Of a stretch of DNA of 64,000 bases, positions 1-9,596 are shown in pieces. The DNA comes from a virus. Lineage: Duplodnaviria > Caudoviricetes. How positions within the stretch are numbered: position 1 is the first letter of the stretch; the number at the start of each line of letters is the position of its first letter. The stretch covers positions 1-64,000 of the IMG/VR virus record IMGVR_UViG_2974692648_000001; one strand, written 5' to 3'. The position numbers and the translations under genes were made by a program. Under the pieces are notes generated by a model. That model was not told where the DNA came from. It saw nothing but the letters and a program-made list of their open reading frames with translations, and did not search any database.

Positions 1-21
1 CAGTGATAAAGAGTAATCTCC

Positions 22-70
22 CTACCCTACCCTCTATGGGTAGGGTAGTTTCTACCTTCTTATTTTTTTT
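22..70 (+). terminator. Rho-independent terminator
   Basis: Stem ctaccctaccc/gggtagggtag (22-48), then a pyrimidine spacer and a T-tract. Confidence 0.75.
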
Positions 71-78
71 GGTGAATT

Positions 79-516
79 ATGAAAGTTAATCCTGAACAAG
101 AGCTAGCGTACAACGTTGAACAATGTGAGGTCTGGAACGCCCTATATCCAACAGTAAACTTTAAACCTTACACTGGACCATTTAAGCATTTGGATTTAAC
201 CGAGACGTGGTTTTGTCCTCGTTGCAGGGATATCTCCAAACCGTTGGTATTAGGTTCTAGTAAGCTCACTTTATTTTGTCCTTCTAACGCTTATAAGTGT
301 GAGTACAGTTATAGTAACTTTGAGGAACGTAAGAAAAGAAAATCGTTTTTATCGGAAGGTTATTCACTACCAATGAGTTTGAATGATGTGACAAAACACA
401 CCATCACTCAACTCCAAAAAGAGAAAGAAAGTAACCTTAAAAAGAAGCAAGACCTGGAAACCCGGAATGATGAAATTCATAACCATATTATAAAGTTAAC
501 CAAAACCTTGGTGTAA
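79..516 (+). CDS. Hypothetical protein, possible Zn-ribbon plus C-terminal coiled coil
   Basis: 145-aa ORF with CPRC...C-x5-C and a K/E-rich heptad-like C-terminus. Confidence 0.6.
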   Translation: MKVNPEQELAYNVEQCEVWNALYPTVNFKPYTGPFKHLDLTETWFCPRCRDISKPLVLGSSKLTLFCPSNAYKCEYSYSNFEERKKRKSFLSEGYSLPMSLNDVTKHTITQLQKEKESNLKKKQDLETRNDEIHNHIIKLTKTLV

Positions 517-576
517 GTCTCAACTCCGAGGTAAATGATCTAGCACAATTAAAATATTTTACTTTGGAGTGATACA

Positions 577-2649
577 ATGATACAACCGATGTTGTCTCCT
601 TTTGTGGATCCGGATTATCATTCTGATAGAAACATCGTGAAGCATTACCACGATCAGATGATCACCTACGTACAGAAACGTTTTAAGGTGACCGTTGAGC
701 AAGCAGAAAAAATTATAAAGAAACACTTTCGCCCGAATAAAGGTGAGTACCAAGATCGTAAGTTTAAGGTTTTGGAGAAAAACAAATTTGGTGACCGTGA
801 ACTCAAAGTCATGACCGCCAGTGAGTTCTTTAAAAACGTACACAGCAATAACTACCACTTAAGTCCATCATTGGTTGGTTACAAGAACTCAGAAGAAGAA
901 CAATCTGTTAACTCTATTGGTACAGAGCGTTTCCTTAAACTTCGTAAGCTTTACAAAAACAAACGACAGGACGCCAAAGACAGTGGTGATAAGTGGGCGG
1001 AGAAAACCTACGACGTTATCCAGAACGCACTGAAGATATTTAACAACGCCCAGTCTGGTGCGATGTCATCTAACGGCACACCTTTGGTTAACAAATCAGG
1101 TCACACTTCCATGACCTCCACGTGTCGTGGACTTACATCCACCGCGAACATTTGTAACGAGAAATTTCTAGCGGGTAACCGACTCTATAACACTTTCGAG
1201 AACACCTTACAAAACATCATAGCGACTGTTCAGTATACTGACTTAAAACGCATGCAAGAAGTGATGGATAAGTTGGGGATGCGTCACGCTACCGTAGATG
1301 AAGTCATGAACATGATTCGTCACTCTACAGGTCGATACTGGCGTAACGCCATTCGTATGCAAACCATCGAAGAGTTAATCAACACATTTCGTCCTGTGGA
1401 ACTGACTGCGGTTCTTTGTGTGTTGGACTTGGAAGGTCTTCGTGTTACGAACCAGAAAACGTTATATGAGCTACTCGATGATTTCTCTAAGGTTCCAGAG
1501 ATACCAGAGGGTGCTAAAGCGGAAGATTATCCTAAACCGGATACTGGTGACCGATACATCCTTTGTGTTTCAAAGATTGTTGGTAAAGCGAGTAAACTTC
1601 AAATCAACCACCTTAACGCTTGGCATTTAGAGTGTGAGAAAAAATGGTTTGATTTCATTGAAATCTTCCTTAAACAAGAAATCCCACCATCTGGTGTTTA
1701 CAACATCAAAGATATGATTCGTGAAGTGGTATTGACTTCCGATACAGACTCTTCCATCTACACTGTAGATACTGTTGTGGACCAGTACACCAAAGACCGA
1801 GCGACGTCGTTAAGAACCAATGGGGTACTCACTTACTTCATCCGTATGATAGCGGTACACCAGCACGCTCAGTTCTCAGAAAACATGAACGTAGCGAAAC
1901 GCTTCTTATATCGTTTGAATATGAAGAATGAGTATTTATTTGGTGCTTACGTTACAACGACTATGTCAAAACACTACTACGCTACCCAGTTGATGGTAGA
2001 GGGTGTGATGAACAAAGAAGTTGAAATGGAGATCAAAGGTGTACACCTACGTTCTGCTAAGATAGCCGCGAACATTAAGTCCTTCGCACACAAATTAATG
2101 CGGGAGGTATTGGACGCTATCCATGAACACCGTCAACTCGACGCCGCAGATGTTCTTTATCGAGCCGCTGAGCTAGAGCGAGAAATCATCAAAGACATCG
2201 AAGCTGGCGACTGGACTTGGTTAACCAAATCCACTATTAAGGATGCGGAAATCTATTCTAAACCCGAGTCGTCTGTTTACCAATACCATGTGTTGTGGGA
2301 AAAACTCTTTGCTAAGAAGTATGGTCGAGCACCAGAACTTCCATATACTGCGATCAAAGTAAACGCTAAAACGCTGAACAAGGCGGGCATTACAGATTGG
2401 ATAGAAACACTTGAACCTGAAATGAGAACAGCAGCGGAAGACCACCTTAAAGATACCACTAAGTTAACCACCATTTACGTCCCAGAAGAATGTTTAGGTG
2501 CACAAGGTATCCCTAAGGAAATCATTCAAGCAGCTGATATTCGTTCTATCATCAAACAAAACTTGAAGTGTGTTTATGCAGTACTTGAGTCTTTAGGTCT
2601 CTTTATTGTTAACGAAAAAATCACTCGATTAATCAGTGATGAACACTAA
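577..2649 (+). CDS. Family B DNA polymerase, polymerase-domain subunit (phiKZ gp50-like)
   Basis: Motif B QNALKIFNNAQSG, motif C SDTDSSIY, then KHYY and KGV. No exonuclease motifs. GGAG RBS upstream. Confidence 0.88.
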   Translation: MIQPMLSPFVDPDYHSDRNIVKHYHDQMITYVQKRFKVTVEQAEKIIKKHFRPNKGEYQDRKFKVLEKNKFGDRELKVMTASEFFKNVHSNNYHLSPSLVGYKNSEEEQSVNSIGTERFLKLRKLYKNKRQDAKDSGDKWAEKTYDVIQNALKIFNNAQSGAMSSNGTPLVNKSGHTSMTSTCRGLTSTANICNEKFLAGNRLYNTFENTLQNIIATVQYTDLKRMQEVMDKLGMRHATVDEVMNMIRHSTGRYWRNAIRMQTIEELINTFRPVELTAVLCVLDLEGLRVTNQKTLYELLDDFSKVPEIPEGAKAEDYPKPDTGDRYILCVSKIVGKASKLQINHLNAWHLECEKKWFDFIEIFLKQEIPPSGVYNIKDMIREVVLTSDTDSSIYTVDTVVDQYTKDRATSLRTNGVLTYFIRMIAVHQHAQFSENMNVAKRFLYRLNMKNEYLFGAYVTTTMSKHYYATQLMVEGVMNKEVEMEIKGVHLRSAKIAANIKSFAHKLMREVLDAIHEHRQLDAADVLYRAAELEREIIKDIEAGDWTWLTKSTIKDAEIYSKPESSVYQYHVLWEKLFAKKYGRAPELPYTAIKVNAKTLNKAGITDWIETLEPEMRTAAEDHLKDTTKLTTIYVPEECLGAQGIPKEIIQAADIRSIIKQNLKCVYAVLESLGLFIVNEKITRLISDEH

Positions 2650-2690
2650 TAACTCCGTACGGGAAATCCCGTACGGAGTTACTTTTCTTT
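2650..2690. terminator. Bidirectional terminator between convergent genes
   Basis: 14-bp perfect stem taactccgtacggg/cccgtacggagtta, aaat loop, T-rich 3' flank. Confidence 0.85.
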
Positions 2691-3792
2691 ATACTCTTTT
2701 TTCAAGTTCGGTTCTCATCGCTAAGAAACGTTTTTCCAATAATGGATTTTTTATCTGCTGAGTAGTGAGACGAGTATCTTGTTGTAACCAGCGTTTGACA
2801 TGACTCTGTAAATAACCGTTATTAGTGTTAGTCACACGGTTATAATGAAATAAAACCGTAAGGACTTTCATATACGAGAAATTCCAAACCCAGCGAGATT
2901 TCAAATAAAGTTCGTACTGTCCTGGATTTTTCCATACCACGGGATTATCCAACGGGGTAGGTAATGTATCGAAGACCTCCAGGTCGTAAACTAAAGCATC
3001 CAGATTACGTATAGGTTTACGATTTAAGAGTTCGTCGTATTTCTCTATAGTTCGTTCTAATAAACGCTCTACGGAATTGATAGCGTAAGTAGTGCGAGGC
3101 ACACTTACTAAATCCTTAAACTCTTTACCAGTCACTATGTGTTCATAGAGACTATTGAGTACTACCAGTCGGTTGCCGAGTAACTGGGCGTTCATCAACG
3201 GAAACTTAGGTAACCATAAATGCGGCTTTGGATCAAACCCGTAGGTATTAGCATCTTTGAGGTAACGCCAATAAGCTACAGCTAAGGCACAGAAATCTAT
3301 CCCAATGATAGCAAACTTACCATCTGGGTCGTTAGTCAGTTTATCTTTAACCGGGCGGAAGTCTAGCTCAGTTGAGTCACTGTACACCGGAATAAAGGGA
3401 CACAAGTCCTCGGTGTTTGTAGCGAGGTAATCAGTAAAAGAGAACTGCGGTGGCAAAGATATTAGTAGCTCACGAAAGCCTTGCATATATAGTGCATTTT
3501 GGTGAAGTCGACCTGACCCGTAAACACCTACAGCTTTTGTTGAGCTAGCCCAACGTTCCCTTTTAAGACCAATAACTTGCTCTAATTCTTCGGAAGTCCA
3601 AGACGGGTCTATTTGCATAAACTCAACGAGTTGGACTAATGGATGTTCATTCGGTAAACGGTAACTGGTGTCTAACACCCGTTCCTTAAATTGTTCTTGG
3701 TTGAATCGACACATGCGAATTAAGTTACTTATATTAGTGTAGCTATAAGACGCATTACTCATCGAACTCAATCCCGTGAATAATGTTTGCAT
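2689..3792 (-). CDS. Conserved jumbo-phage protein, probably virion structural (phiKZ gp52-like by position)
   Basis: 367-aa ORF opposite-strand between DNA polymerase and chimallin. Late-type TATG motif upstream. Product inferred from gene order only. Confidence 0.55.
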   Translation of the reverse strand: MQTLFTGLSSMSNASYSYTNISNLIRMCRFNQEQFKERVLDTSYRLPNEHPLVQLVEFMQIDPSWTSEELEQVIGLKRERWASSTKAVGVYGSGRLHQNALYMQGFRELLISLPPQFSFTDYLATNTEDLCPFIPVYSDSTELDFRPVKDKLTNDPDGKFAIIGIDFCALAVAYWRYLKDANTYGFDPKPHLWLPKFPLMNAQLLGNRLVVLNSLYEHIVTGKEFKDLVSVPRTTYAINSVERLLERTIEKYDELLNRKPIRNLDALVYDLEVFDTLPTPLDNPVVWKNPGQYELYLKSRWVWNFSYMKVLTVLFHYNRVTNTNNGYLQSHVKRWLQQDTRLTTQQIKNPLLEKRFLAMRTELEKRV

Positions 3793-3876
3793 AAACTGAA
3801 TACCTATTATATGTAAATAAAACTTTCTCCGACCTTGCGGTTGGAGTGGATAGGACCGGTATTGAAATATTTAAGA

Positions 3877-3887
3877 CATAAAATCGA
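3877..3887 (-). promoter_or_regulatory. Putative late (nvRNAP) promoter TCGATTTTATG
   Basis: Identical 11-mer at 55821-55831 upstream of another structural gene. phiKZ late promoters use TATG. Confidence 0.5.
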
Positions 3888-3910
3888 GAGGTTTTCTGCT
3901 TTCCTAAATA

Positions 3911-3936
3911 TTTTCAGTCCTATATAACCTAGGTGT
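3911..3936 (+). promoter_or_regulatory. Putative early (virion RNAP) promoter
   Basis: TTTTCAGTCCTATATAACCTAGGTGT, one of 7 intergenic copies of a 26-bp motif resembling the phiKZ early TATATTAC core. Confidence 0.7.
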
Positions 3937-4014
3937 TAAGCAAGTGGTATTAACCAAATACCTAGATGTTTAATAACGTTATTAAATATTGAAACCCGTA
4001 ATAAAGGATCGAAT

Positions 4015-6081
4015 ATGATCTCTGGTAAAAATGACTGGGATAACGTAGGCGACAATGATCAATCACCTGCAAACCCACAATCGCAAAATCCAACCAATCA
4101 CAAAGCTGCACAACAAGGAGCAGAAAAAATGTCATCAAACAAAAACCAATCTCTACTAGACTTCGCTAACGTTCTTGGTATGAACTCAATGATGGCCGGC
4201 GGTCGTAGCGTTCCTGTTGTGAACGATATCGTTAAGAAGTTGAATGACTTCCGAGAAGAGAAAGATAAGTCATCTATCAACCCTGCACTACAGCAAATCA
4301 TCCCGCAAGAAATCATTTCAATGGACACTAACTTGTCTCCAGTATTGCCGGGTATCATTCTTGCACGTCGTGTAGGTAACACACTGATCATCGCACCAGT
4401 GTTGTTCTCTAACCGTGAAATCGCTATCCAGCTGGAAGAGATTCACACTAACGGCACTATGGGTCAAAACGTACCTAGCAAAGTGCAAATCAAACAAGCA
4501 CCTAACCGTTACATGAGTAAAGAAGTGGTTCGTAACATCATCGAATCAATGAAGCTTCGTTACGCTAATGAAGGTGTGAACGACGTACAACTAATCACGT
4601 CTCGCGTTATCGACCTAGAATCTTACCAAACTCCTGAAAACAAAGAGATTGGTATGGCAGATCTTCTATCTAACGTTATCCTAGAAGAGTGGGAACGTGG
4701 CATGAAGACTACTCTAGCGAAGACTATGGTTAAGACTGGTACGGAACTGAAAACTCCGTTCATCGACAACAAAGGTCAAATCGATAAAAACGCTTACGGT
4801 CCAACTAAGTGTGCGACTGCTCGTATCGAGTCTATCAAAACTCAATCTGGCGCTCCAATCACTATCGACGGTGTACCATCTGGTGCTAACATGTTGGTTC
4901 AGCTACAAACTGCACCAAAAGAAGGTCAACAGTACAACGCAGATGCAGCTCGCGGTATCGTGAATGCTTACTCTAACGTTCTACTAGTTGGTGTTCCTTT
5001 TGCAGTTTACACTGCCCAACTACAAAACCGCCAAGTTCAACCGTTGTTCAACCCAATGATGAACGCCAACGACGCGTACCCTCACGGTTACCACCCACTG
5101 CAAGCAGTTGTAGTAATGGAAACTTCTCGTGCTCAAGCACAGATGGGTAACAACTCTGGTATCGCATCTTGGTTGATGGCGCTATACGCTAACATGACAG
5201 TGAACCACAACCACTTGTTCACTGAACCTCTACGTATGGCTAAGATTGGTGCTCGTGGTAACCTGTCTCACATCGAACGTCGTATCGATGACATGATCGC
5301 AGGCGCTCTACCTAAACGTGACGATAAACTGAAGATCAACGAAGCTCGTCTAAAAGACATGGACTTCACTTCATCTTGGATTCGTCGTAACATCGCTGAG
5401 CGTGCATCGTACGCTATCGACCTAGTAGAGTTTGGTAACGAAGCTGCACTACACAACTTCCTACTAAACCTAAGCGGTAACAACGAAGCTGCGACTGAAA
5501 ACAAACTGGTTATCGTTAAGATGATCGATGCAATCACTGGCGGTGAAGCGACTCGTCGCATTGCAGAGAACAAGCAATCTGGTAAAGGTTGGACTCCAGA
5601 GAAACAAGTTCTATGTCCATCTGCCATCATCAGCCCAGTTGGTACATTCAAGCACAACGGTCACCTACACTCTCTACAAGAAGTAGACGAGATGTTCCTA
5701 AGCCGTCTATGTCCAACTGACACTACCCCAATGGTTCAGTACCTACAAGCGGTATACGGTGACGGTGGTCAAACACCAGAAGCTGTACGTCGCTACCGCA
5801 TGACTACCATGCTTCCTACACTTATCAACGATGATGTAAACATCACTGGTACTTCACGTCGTCACTACGTGTCTCCAGAGTTTGCAGTATTCCTAGGTCA
5901 ATGTATGGATAAACTTGGTAACCTTAATGCATCTGGTACTATGGGTACGTTTGCTTCTAACGTTGCAATCTACGCTCCATCAGTTGAGTTTGCTGTACAA
6001 GCAGCAGCTGGCGCTTCTGGTGCGTACATGACCAACTCTGGTGGCATTGTAGGTAATAGCTCAGGCATTACTTACGCGTAA
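4015..6081 (+). CDS. chmA: Chimallin, major phage nuclear shell protein (phiKZ gp54-like)
   Basis: 688 aa, directly upstream of the nvRNAP beta-prime N-terminal gene as in phiKZ-like phages. Early promoter, strong codon bias, low-complexity N/C tails, own terminator. Inferred from synteny and size, not alignment. Confidence 0.75.
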   Translation: MISGKNDWDNVGDNDQSPANPQSQNPTNHKAAQQGAEKMSSNKNQSLLDFANVLGMNSMMAGGRSVPVVNDIVKKLNDFREEKDKSSINPALQQIIPQEIISMDTNLSPVLPGIILARRVGNTLIIAPVLFSNREIAIQLEEIHTNGTMGQNVPSKVQIKQAPNRYMSKEVVRNIIESMKLRYANEGVNDVQLITSRVIDLESYQTPENKEIGMADLLSNVILEEWERGMKTTLAKTMVKTGTELKTPFIDNKGQIDKNAYGPTKCATARIESIKTQSGAPITIDGVPSGANMLVQLQTAPKEGQQYNADAARGIVNAYSNVLLVGVPFAVYTAQLQNRQVQPLFNPMMNANDAYPHGYHPLQAVVVMETSRAQAQMGNNSGIASWLMALYANMTVNHNHLFTEPLRMAKIGARGNLSHIERRIDDMIAGALPKRDDKLKINEARLKDMDFTSSWIRRNIAERASYAIDLVEFGNEAALHNFLLNLSGNNEAATENKLVIVKMIDAITGGEATRRIAENKQSGKGWTPEKQVLCPSAIISPVGTFKHNGHLHSLQEVDEMFLSRLCPTDTTPMVQYLQAVYGDGGQTPEAVRRYRMTTMLPTLINDDVNITGTSRRHYVSPEFAVFLGQCMDKLGNLNASGTMGTFASNVAIYAPSVEFAVQAAAGASGAYMTNSGGIVGNSSGITYA

Positions 6082-6104
6082 TCTACCTCGGTAGTGAGTT
6101 CTAA

Positions 6105-6146
6105 GGGTGAGGGGCTACGGCTCCTCACTCCTTTATATCGTTTTTT
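6105..6146 (+). terminator. Rho-independent terminator
   Basis: gggtgaggggc-TACG-gctcctcactc followed by T-rich sequence. Confidence 0.8.
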
Positions 6147-6176
6147 AATTTTTTATTAAAGTAAGGAGTTTCTGTA

Positions 6177-7589
6177 ATGTCGACCCCTGAACGTGATGTT
6201 GCAGTAGAGGCACTAGCCGCTGAGTCTTTTGAAGACCTTCTACCTATCAAGCAGTTCGAGCGTTATCAAGAACAGCTAGGGCAAAAAGTCTACGATGATC
6301 AGAGCTACTACGCTCCGCTATATCCCGATTTCCGAGATTTCAACTTTGCACATGATACTTCGAAATCACAACCTATTTACCTGAACGACTTTGACTTCTG
6401 TCTAGAAGAAGATCGAGAACGTTTAGAGAAACTCATCCGTATGGACTTTGATGCGGATACTTTTGAAACCATCGCTAGTTGTGGTTGTGACAAACCACTG
6501 AAAGGTAACCACTTAATTGGTTCAGGAAGAGTGTGTCGTAATTGTGGTAACCAAGTCGAACGCATAGTAGATACCGAGTTATCCACTAAGGTGTGGTTGC
6601 GATTACCCACTGGTGTACATTCATTTATTAACCCGGCCTTCTACAGAACCTTTTTGCAGAAGATCGCCACCGCTTCCCCAAAGATCGAAATCATTACTTA
6701 CATCATTGATCCTGGGTATCGTCGTAAAATCAATTCAAATAGTTCTGAGAAACTGCGAGAGTTACAAAGTCACTTAAAACGCTTAATCACTCGTTTGGAC
6801 CTAAACGAGTTTGTTGTTCACGCCGACACTATCATGGATCACTTCCTATTAGGTGAAGGTCGTACACTGACTGCTTTAAAGAATGCGGATGCCAAAGAAA
6901 TCATGTTAGGTTATATGGATTTCAAAGAAACGGTATTCACCAACTACTTACCGGTCCCTAACAAACTTTCGACCGTAATCGAGAAGTCTGGTAAGGAACG
7001 TTACGCGTCGAGCAGTCAGTTAAAAATGGACTCTACGTACATGTCTATCGCAGACACCAAAGACAATACAGATTTGTATCAGGTGAATGAGTTCGACATA
7101 CATGAATCCGTGGCAAGGGTAGGTAAAGGTATTGTTGCCTTAGCATCTCAAAACTCGCAACACCTAAAGGACTTTTTGTTCCCTAAGCCTGGTGCTGCGC
7201 GTAAGCTGGTTGCTTCTGGTTCTCTACCTATGACGGGTCGTTCAGTTATTACCTCTAAAACAGGTATCCATAACCCGGGGATGATCGAAGTTCCGTGGAT
7301 TATGGCGTTGTCTCAATTAGAGAAACAAATCTTATCTCATCTGTATCGCAAGGGATATTCCCCAATGGCAGCACTGACTAAGATTTCTAAAGCTGCGCAC
7401 TACCTCGATCCAGAGATCGATGAGTTCTTCCGTTATCATGAAGAACGAAACGACATAGTCTGTAAAGCCGGTCGTATGCCATCGATCCAGTACCTATCAC
7501 GACGTACGTTCTTTGCCCGTATTAAAAGGGATCTAGGAGATCAATCTATTGGTCTACCGATACTGTCTGTGTCCAATTTTAATGCCGAT
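6177..7589 (+). CDS. nvRNAP beta-prime N-terminal/catalytic subunit (phiKZ gp55-like), exon 1
   Basis: Zn-binding CGC...CRNC, YLPVP, GRSVIT, RMPSI, ending at NFNAD, the first half of the NADFDGD motif. The ORF track runs on to 7643 inside the intron. Confidence 0.9.
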
Positions 7590-7981
7590 AGCACTAACTT
7601 TAACGCTTACCCGTCATTAAAGTTAAAGATACTGTCCCATTAGGCGAGAAATCCCTAATGTGTATTTCCCTGAATTGCTGGAACACCCACAAAAGTTCAC
7701 AACCTGTATGGTGAGGAAACTCAGAAACAATAGTGAACCTGTCCTAAGCTAACCAATAACGCTAAGGGATATTAACAAGGGGTAATCAGCAGCCAAGTCC
7801 TGCTTAAGTGGGAAAAGGTTCAACGACTATCCGGTAGCGCGGAGTACCTTAGGTAGAGATATCTAGGGGAAGTGGGGAAACTCCTAAGTCTGAGAAGATA
7901 TGGAGATGATATAGTCTATCTACAGTGTGAGGGTCATCAAACTCACATGGGAGTTAATCGCTCCCCCCTTTGGTGTAGATG
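7590..7981 (+). mobile_element. Group I self-splicing intron (IA2-like), no homing endonuclease ORF
   Basis: P aattgctggaa, Q aatcagcagcc, R gttcaacgactat, S gatgatatagtc. P7 gactat/atagtc, P3 tttccc/gggaaa, P2 cattagg/cctaatg. 5' exon ends in U, intron ends in G7981, and splicing restores NAD-FDGD in frame. Confidence 0.93.
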
Positions 7982-8170
7982 TTCGATGGTGACCAGATGA
8001 CACTATTCTTCTTACCTGACTTAAGATCTAAGGCAGTAAGTTATGGTGCATTCGGTCACCAATCGGTATTTGATGAAAACAAACCGTTCTCAATCAGTCG
8101 ACACTATAAACAACCGTCGACCAACTTGATGAACATCAACAACGTAATGCGTAAACTGGAGTTCAAATAA
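7982..8170 (+). CDS. nvRNAP beta-prime N-terminal/catalytic subunit, exon 2
   Basis: Begins FDGDQM, completing NADFDGD. Spliced product is 471+62=533 aa. Confidence 0.9.
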   Translation, partial: FDGDQMTLFFLPDLRSKAVSYGAFGHQSVFDENKPFSISRHYKQPSTNLMNINNVMRKLEFK

Positions 8171-8829
8171 TGAATGCATGTCAAGCTTTCTCTATCGGTA
8201 CATCAGGGACTGTGCATGACAACCAGATACAGTCTTATGCGAACATGGTCCAGATGAACTTTGAACAAGTTCAAAACGTAGGAGGTTGGTTAGGTCAAGG
8301 AGCCGACAACTTCATGAACTCGTTTAAGAACTTTGTTAACTCGAGAGCTTGGGACTTAGCAAGTCGTATTCGTGGTGGCGCTGAAGATCACTATATCGGT
8401 TACTACGATATTGGTATCGCGACATCCATGGAATCACTGCAAGCTTCTCAAGGCTTTATGCGTGACTACATCATGGCTATGCCTAATGTGATGGAGTTGT
8501 ATGACGAGGGAGAACTTAGTGGTTGGGAAGGTCAGTTTAGCGACTGGTGTTCCGGTACTGGTGAAGATAACATTTACTACCGTCGACAAATGCACGGTCT
8601 ATTACAACTAGATCAAGTCGATGAGCGTAATGTTGCACGAACCAAACACTATTACGATTCGGTTGCGGGTACAGGTCTGAGCGTTCGTGAACGTTATGAC
8701 TTAGCAACTACTCGTACCGCCGTTAACCACCATCTAGCAAACAGTCTGTTTGACTTCACTAGCAGTGATGGTTCTCTTCGTAAATCAGCGCAGGAAGAAG
8801 AAGACGCTAAAAAGGCAGGAGGGGAGTAA
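8170..8829 (+). CDS. Conserved hypothetical jumbo-phage protein (possibly phiKZ gp59/Imp3-like by position)
   Basis: 219-aa ORF coupled (TAATG) to nvRNAP exon 2. Identity from gene order only. Confidence 0.5.
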   Translation: MNACQAFSIGTSGTVHDNQIQSYANMVQMNFEQVQNVGGWLGQGADNFMNSFKNFVNSRAWDLASRIRGGAEDHYIGYYDIGIATSMESLQASQGFMRDYIMAMPNVMELYDEGELSGWEGQFSDWCSGTGEDNIYYRRQMHGLLQLDQVDERNVARTKHYYDSVAGTGLSVRERYDLATTRTAVNHHLANSLFDFTSSDGSLRKSAQEEEDAKKAGGE

Positions 8830-8845
8830 TCCCCTCTTTTTCTTC
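8819..8845 (+). terminator. Rho-independent terminator
   Basis: gagggga-GTAA-tcccctc followed by TTTTT. Confidence 0.65.
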
Positions 8846-8856
8846 TCAGGAGTATT

Positions 8857-9333
8857 ATGAATTCTGTACGTATAGTTAATAGAAGACGTTTGGTTGTCTT
8901 TAGAAAAGATGAAATAGATCTGTCTGTGATAAAACTTCTCCGCAGTTTAAAGAAGCGCCCTGAAAAGAAGCGTTTCTTATTAGCGGAATTTGGTGAACCT
9001 TTGGACGACCATATTAACCCAAAACACGCGGTTCTCAAACTAACTAACTTTAGTTACGATAAGGAGGGAAATCTCACTTCCTTAATTTACCCGGCTGACA
9101 CGGATAATCCCACCATCACTTTGGGTGGTTGTACAAAACGCATCAGCATAGGTCAACTATTGTTAACTTCTAAAATTCCCACGTTTGAATTTAAGTTTAA
9201 GCGAGTTAAACGACCTGTGTTAAATGACGGCAAGCAAGTGTTAGACGAGCACGGTCGTAAACAGTATTTCATGAACTGTTGTATTTATGTGGAATCTAAA
9301 GAAAGTCCAATTTTATCAGTAGGTAAGAATTAA
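8857..9333 (+). CDS. Hypothetical basic protein
   Basis: 158-aa ORF with AGGAG RBS. Confidence 0.65.
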   Translation: MNSVRIVNRRRLVVFRKDEIDLSVIKLLRSLKKRPEKKRFLLAEFGEPLDDHINPKHAVLKLTNFSYDKEGNLTSLIYPADTDNPTITLGGCTKRISIGQLLLTSKIPTFEFKFKRVKRPVLNDGKQVLDEHGRKQYFMNCCIYVESKESPILSVGKN

Positions 9334-9343
9334 CATACAGTCT

Positions 9344-9369
9344 TTTACAGGTCTATATAGTCTAAGTGT
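9344..9369 (+). promoter_or_regulatory. Putative early promoter
   Basis: TTTACAGGTCTATATAGTCTAAGTGT. 9331-9370 is 35/40 identical to 32767-32806. Confidence 0.75.
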
Positions 9370-9405
9370 AAAATGAATTAATAAATTTATATCGAGGACT
9401 CTCTG

Positions 9406-9534
9406 ATGAAAGATTACGTAAACGTTCAACCTAAAAACATTGAAACTAAAGCACCTTGGTACCGTAGCAATGGCGTATTCACCATCTTAATGTTGGTGAG
9501 TGCTTACGTCAGTCTGACTTACGGCAACTGGTGA
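9406..9534 (+). CDS. Small predicted membrane protein (42 aa), missing from the ORF track
   Basis: MKDYVNVQPKNIETKAPWYRSNGVFTILMLVSAYVSLTYGNW. GAGGA RBS, early promoter upstream, terminator just downstream, hydrophobic C-terminal segment. Confidence 0.7.
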   Translation: MKDYVNVQPKNIETKAPWYRSNGVFTILMLVSAYVSLTYGNW

Positions 9535-9540
9535 TTTCCC

Positions 9541-9586
9541 CCTCCTACCTTCGGGTAGGAGGAACTCCAACGCTCTTTATTTTTTT
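9541..9586 (+). terminator. Rho-independent terminator
   Basis: cctcctacc-TTCG-ggtaggagg, a spacer, then ctctttattttttt. Confidence 0.8.
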
Positions 9587-9596
9587 AGGTTTTATT

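Noticed and set aside
7590-7643. C-terminal STNFNAYPSLKLKILSH of track ORF 6177-7643
   Set aside because: This is read-through into the intron P1/P2 region, not part of the spliced subunit
7644-7978. Intron-encoded homing endonuclease
   Set aside because: No ORF of adequate length. The interval is filled by ribozyme stems
7979-8170. Independent 63-aa gene starting MFDGD
   Set aside because: The ATG is the last three intron bases including the terminal G, and no well-spaced RBS precedes it. Better explained as exon 2
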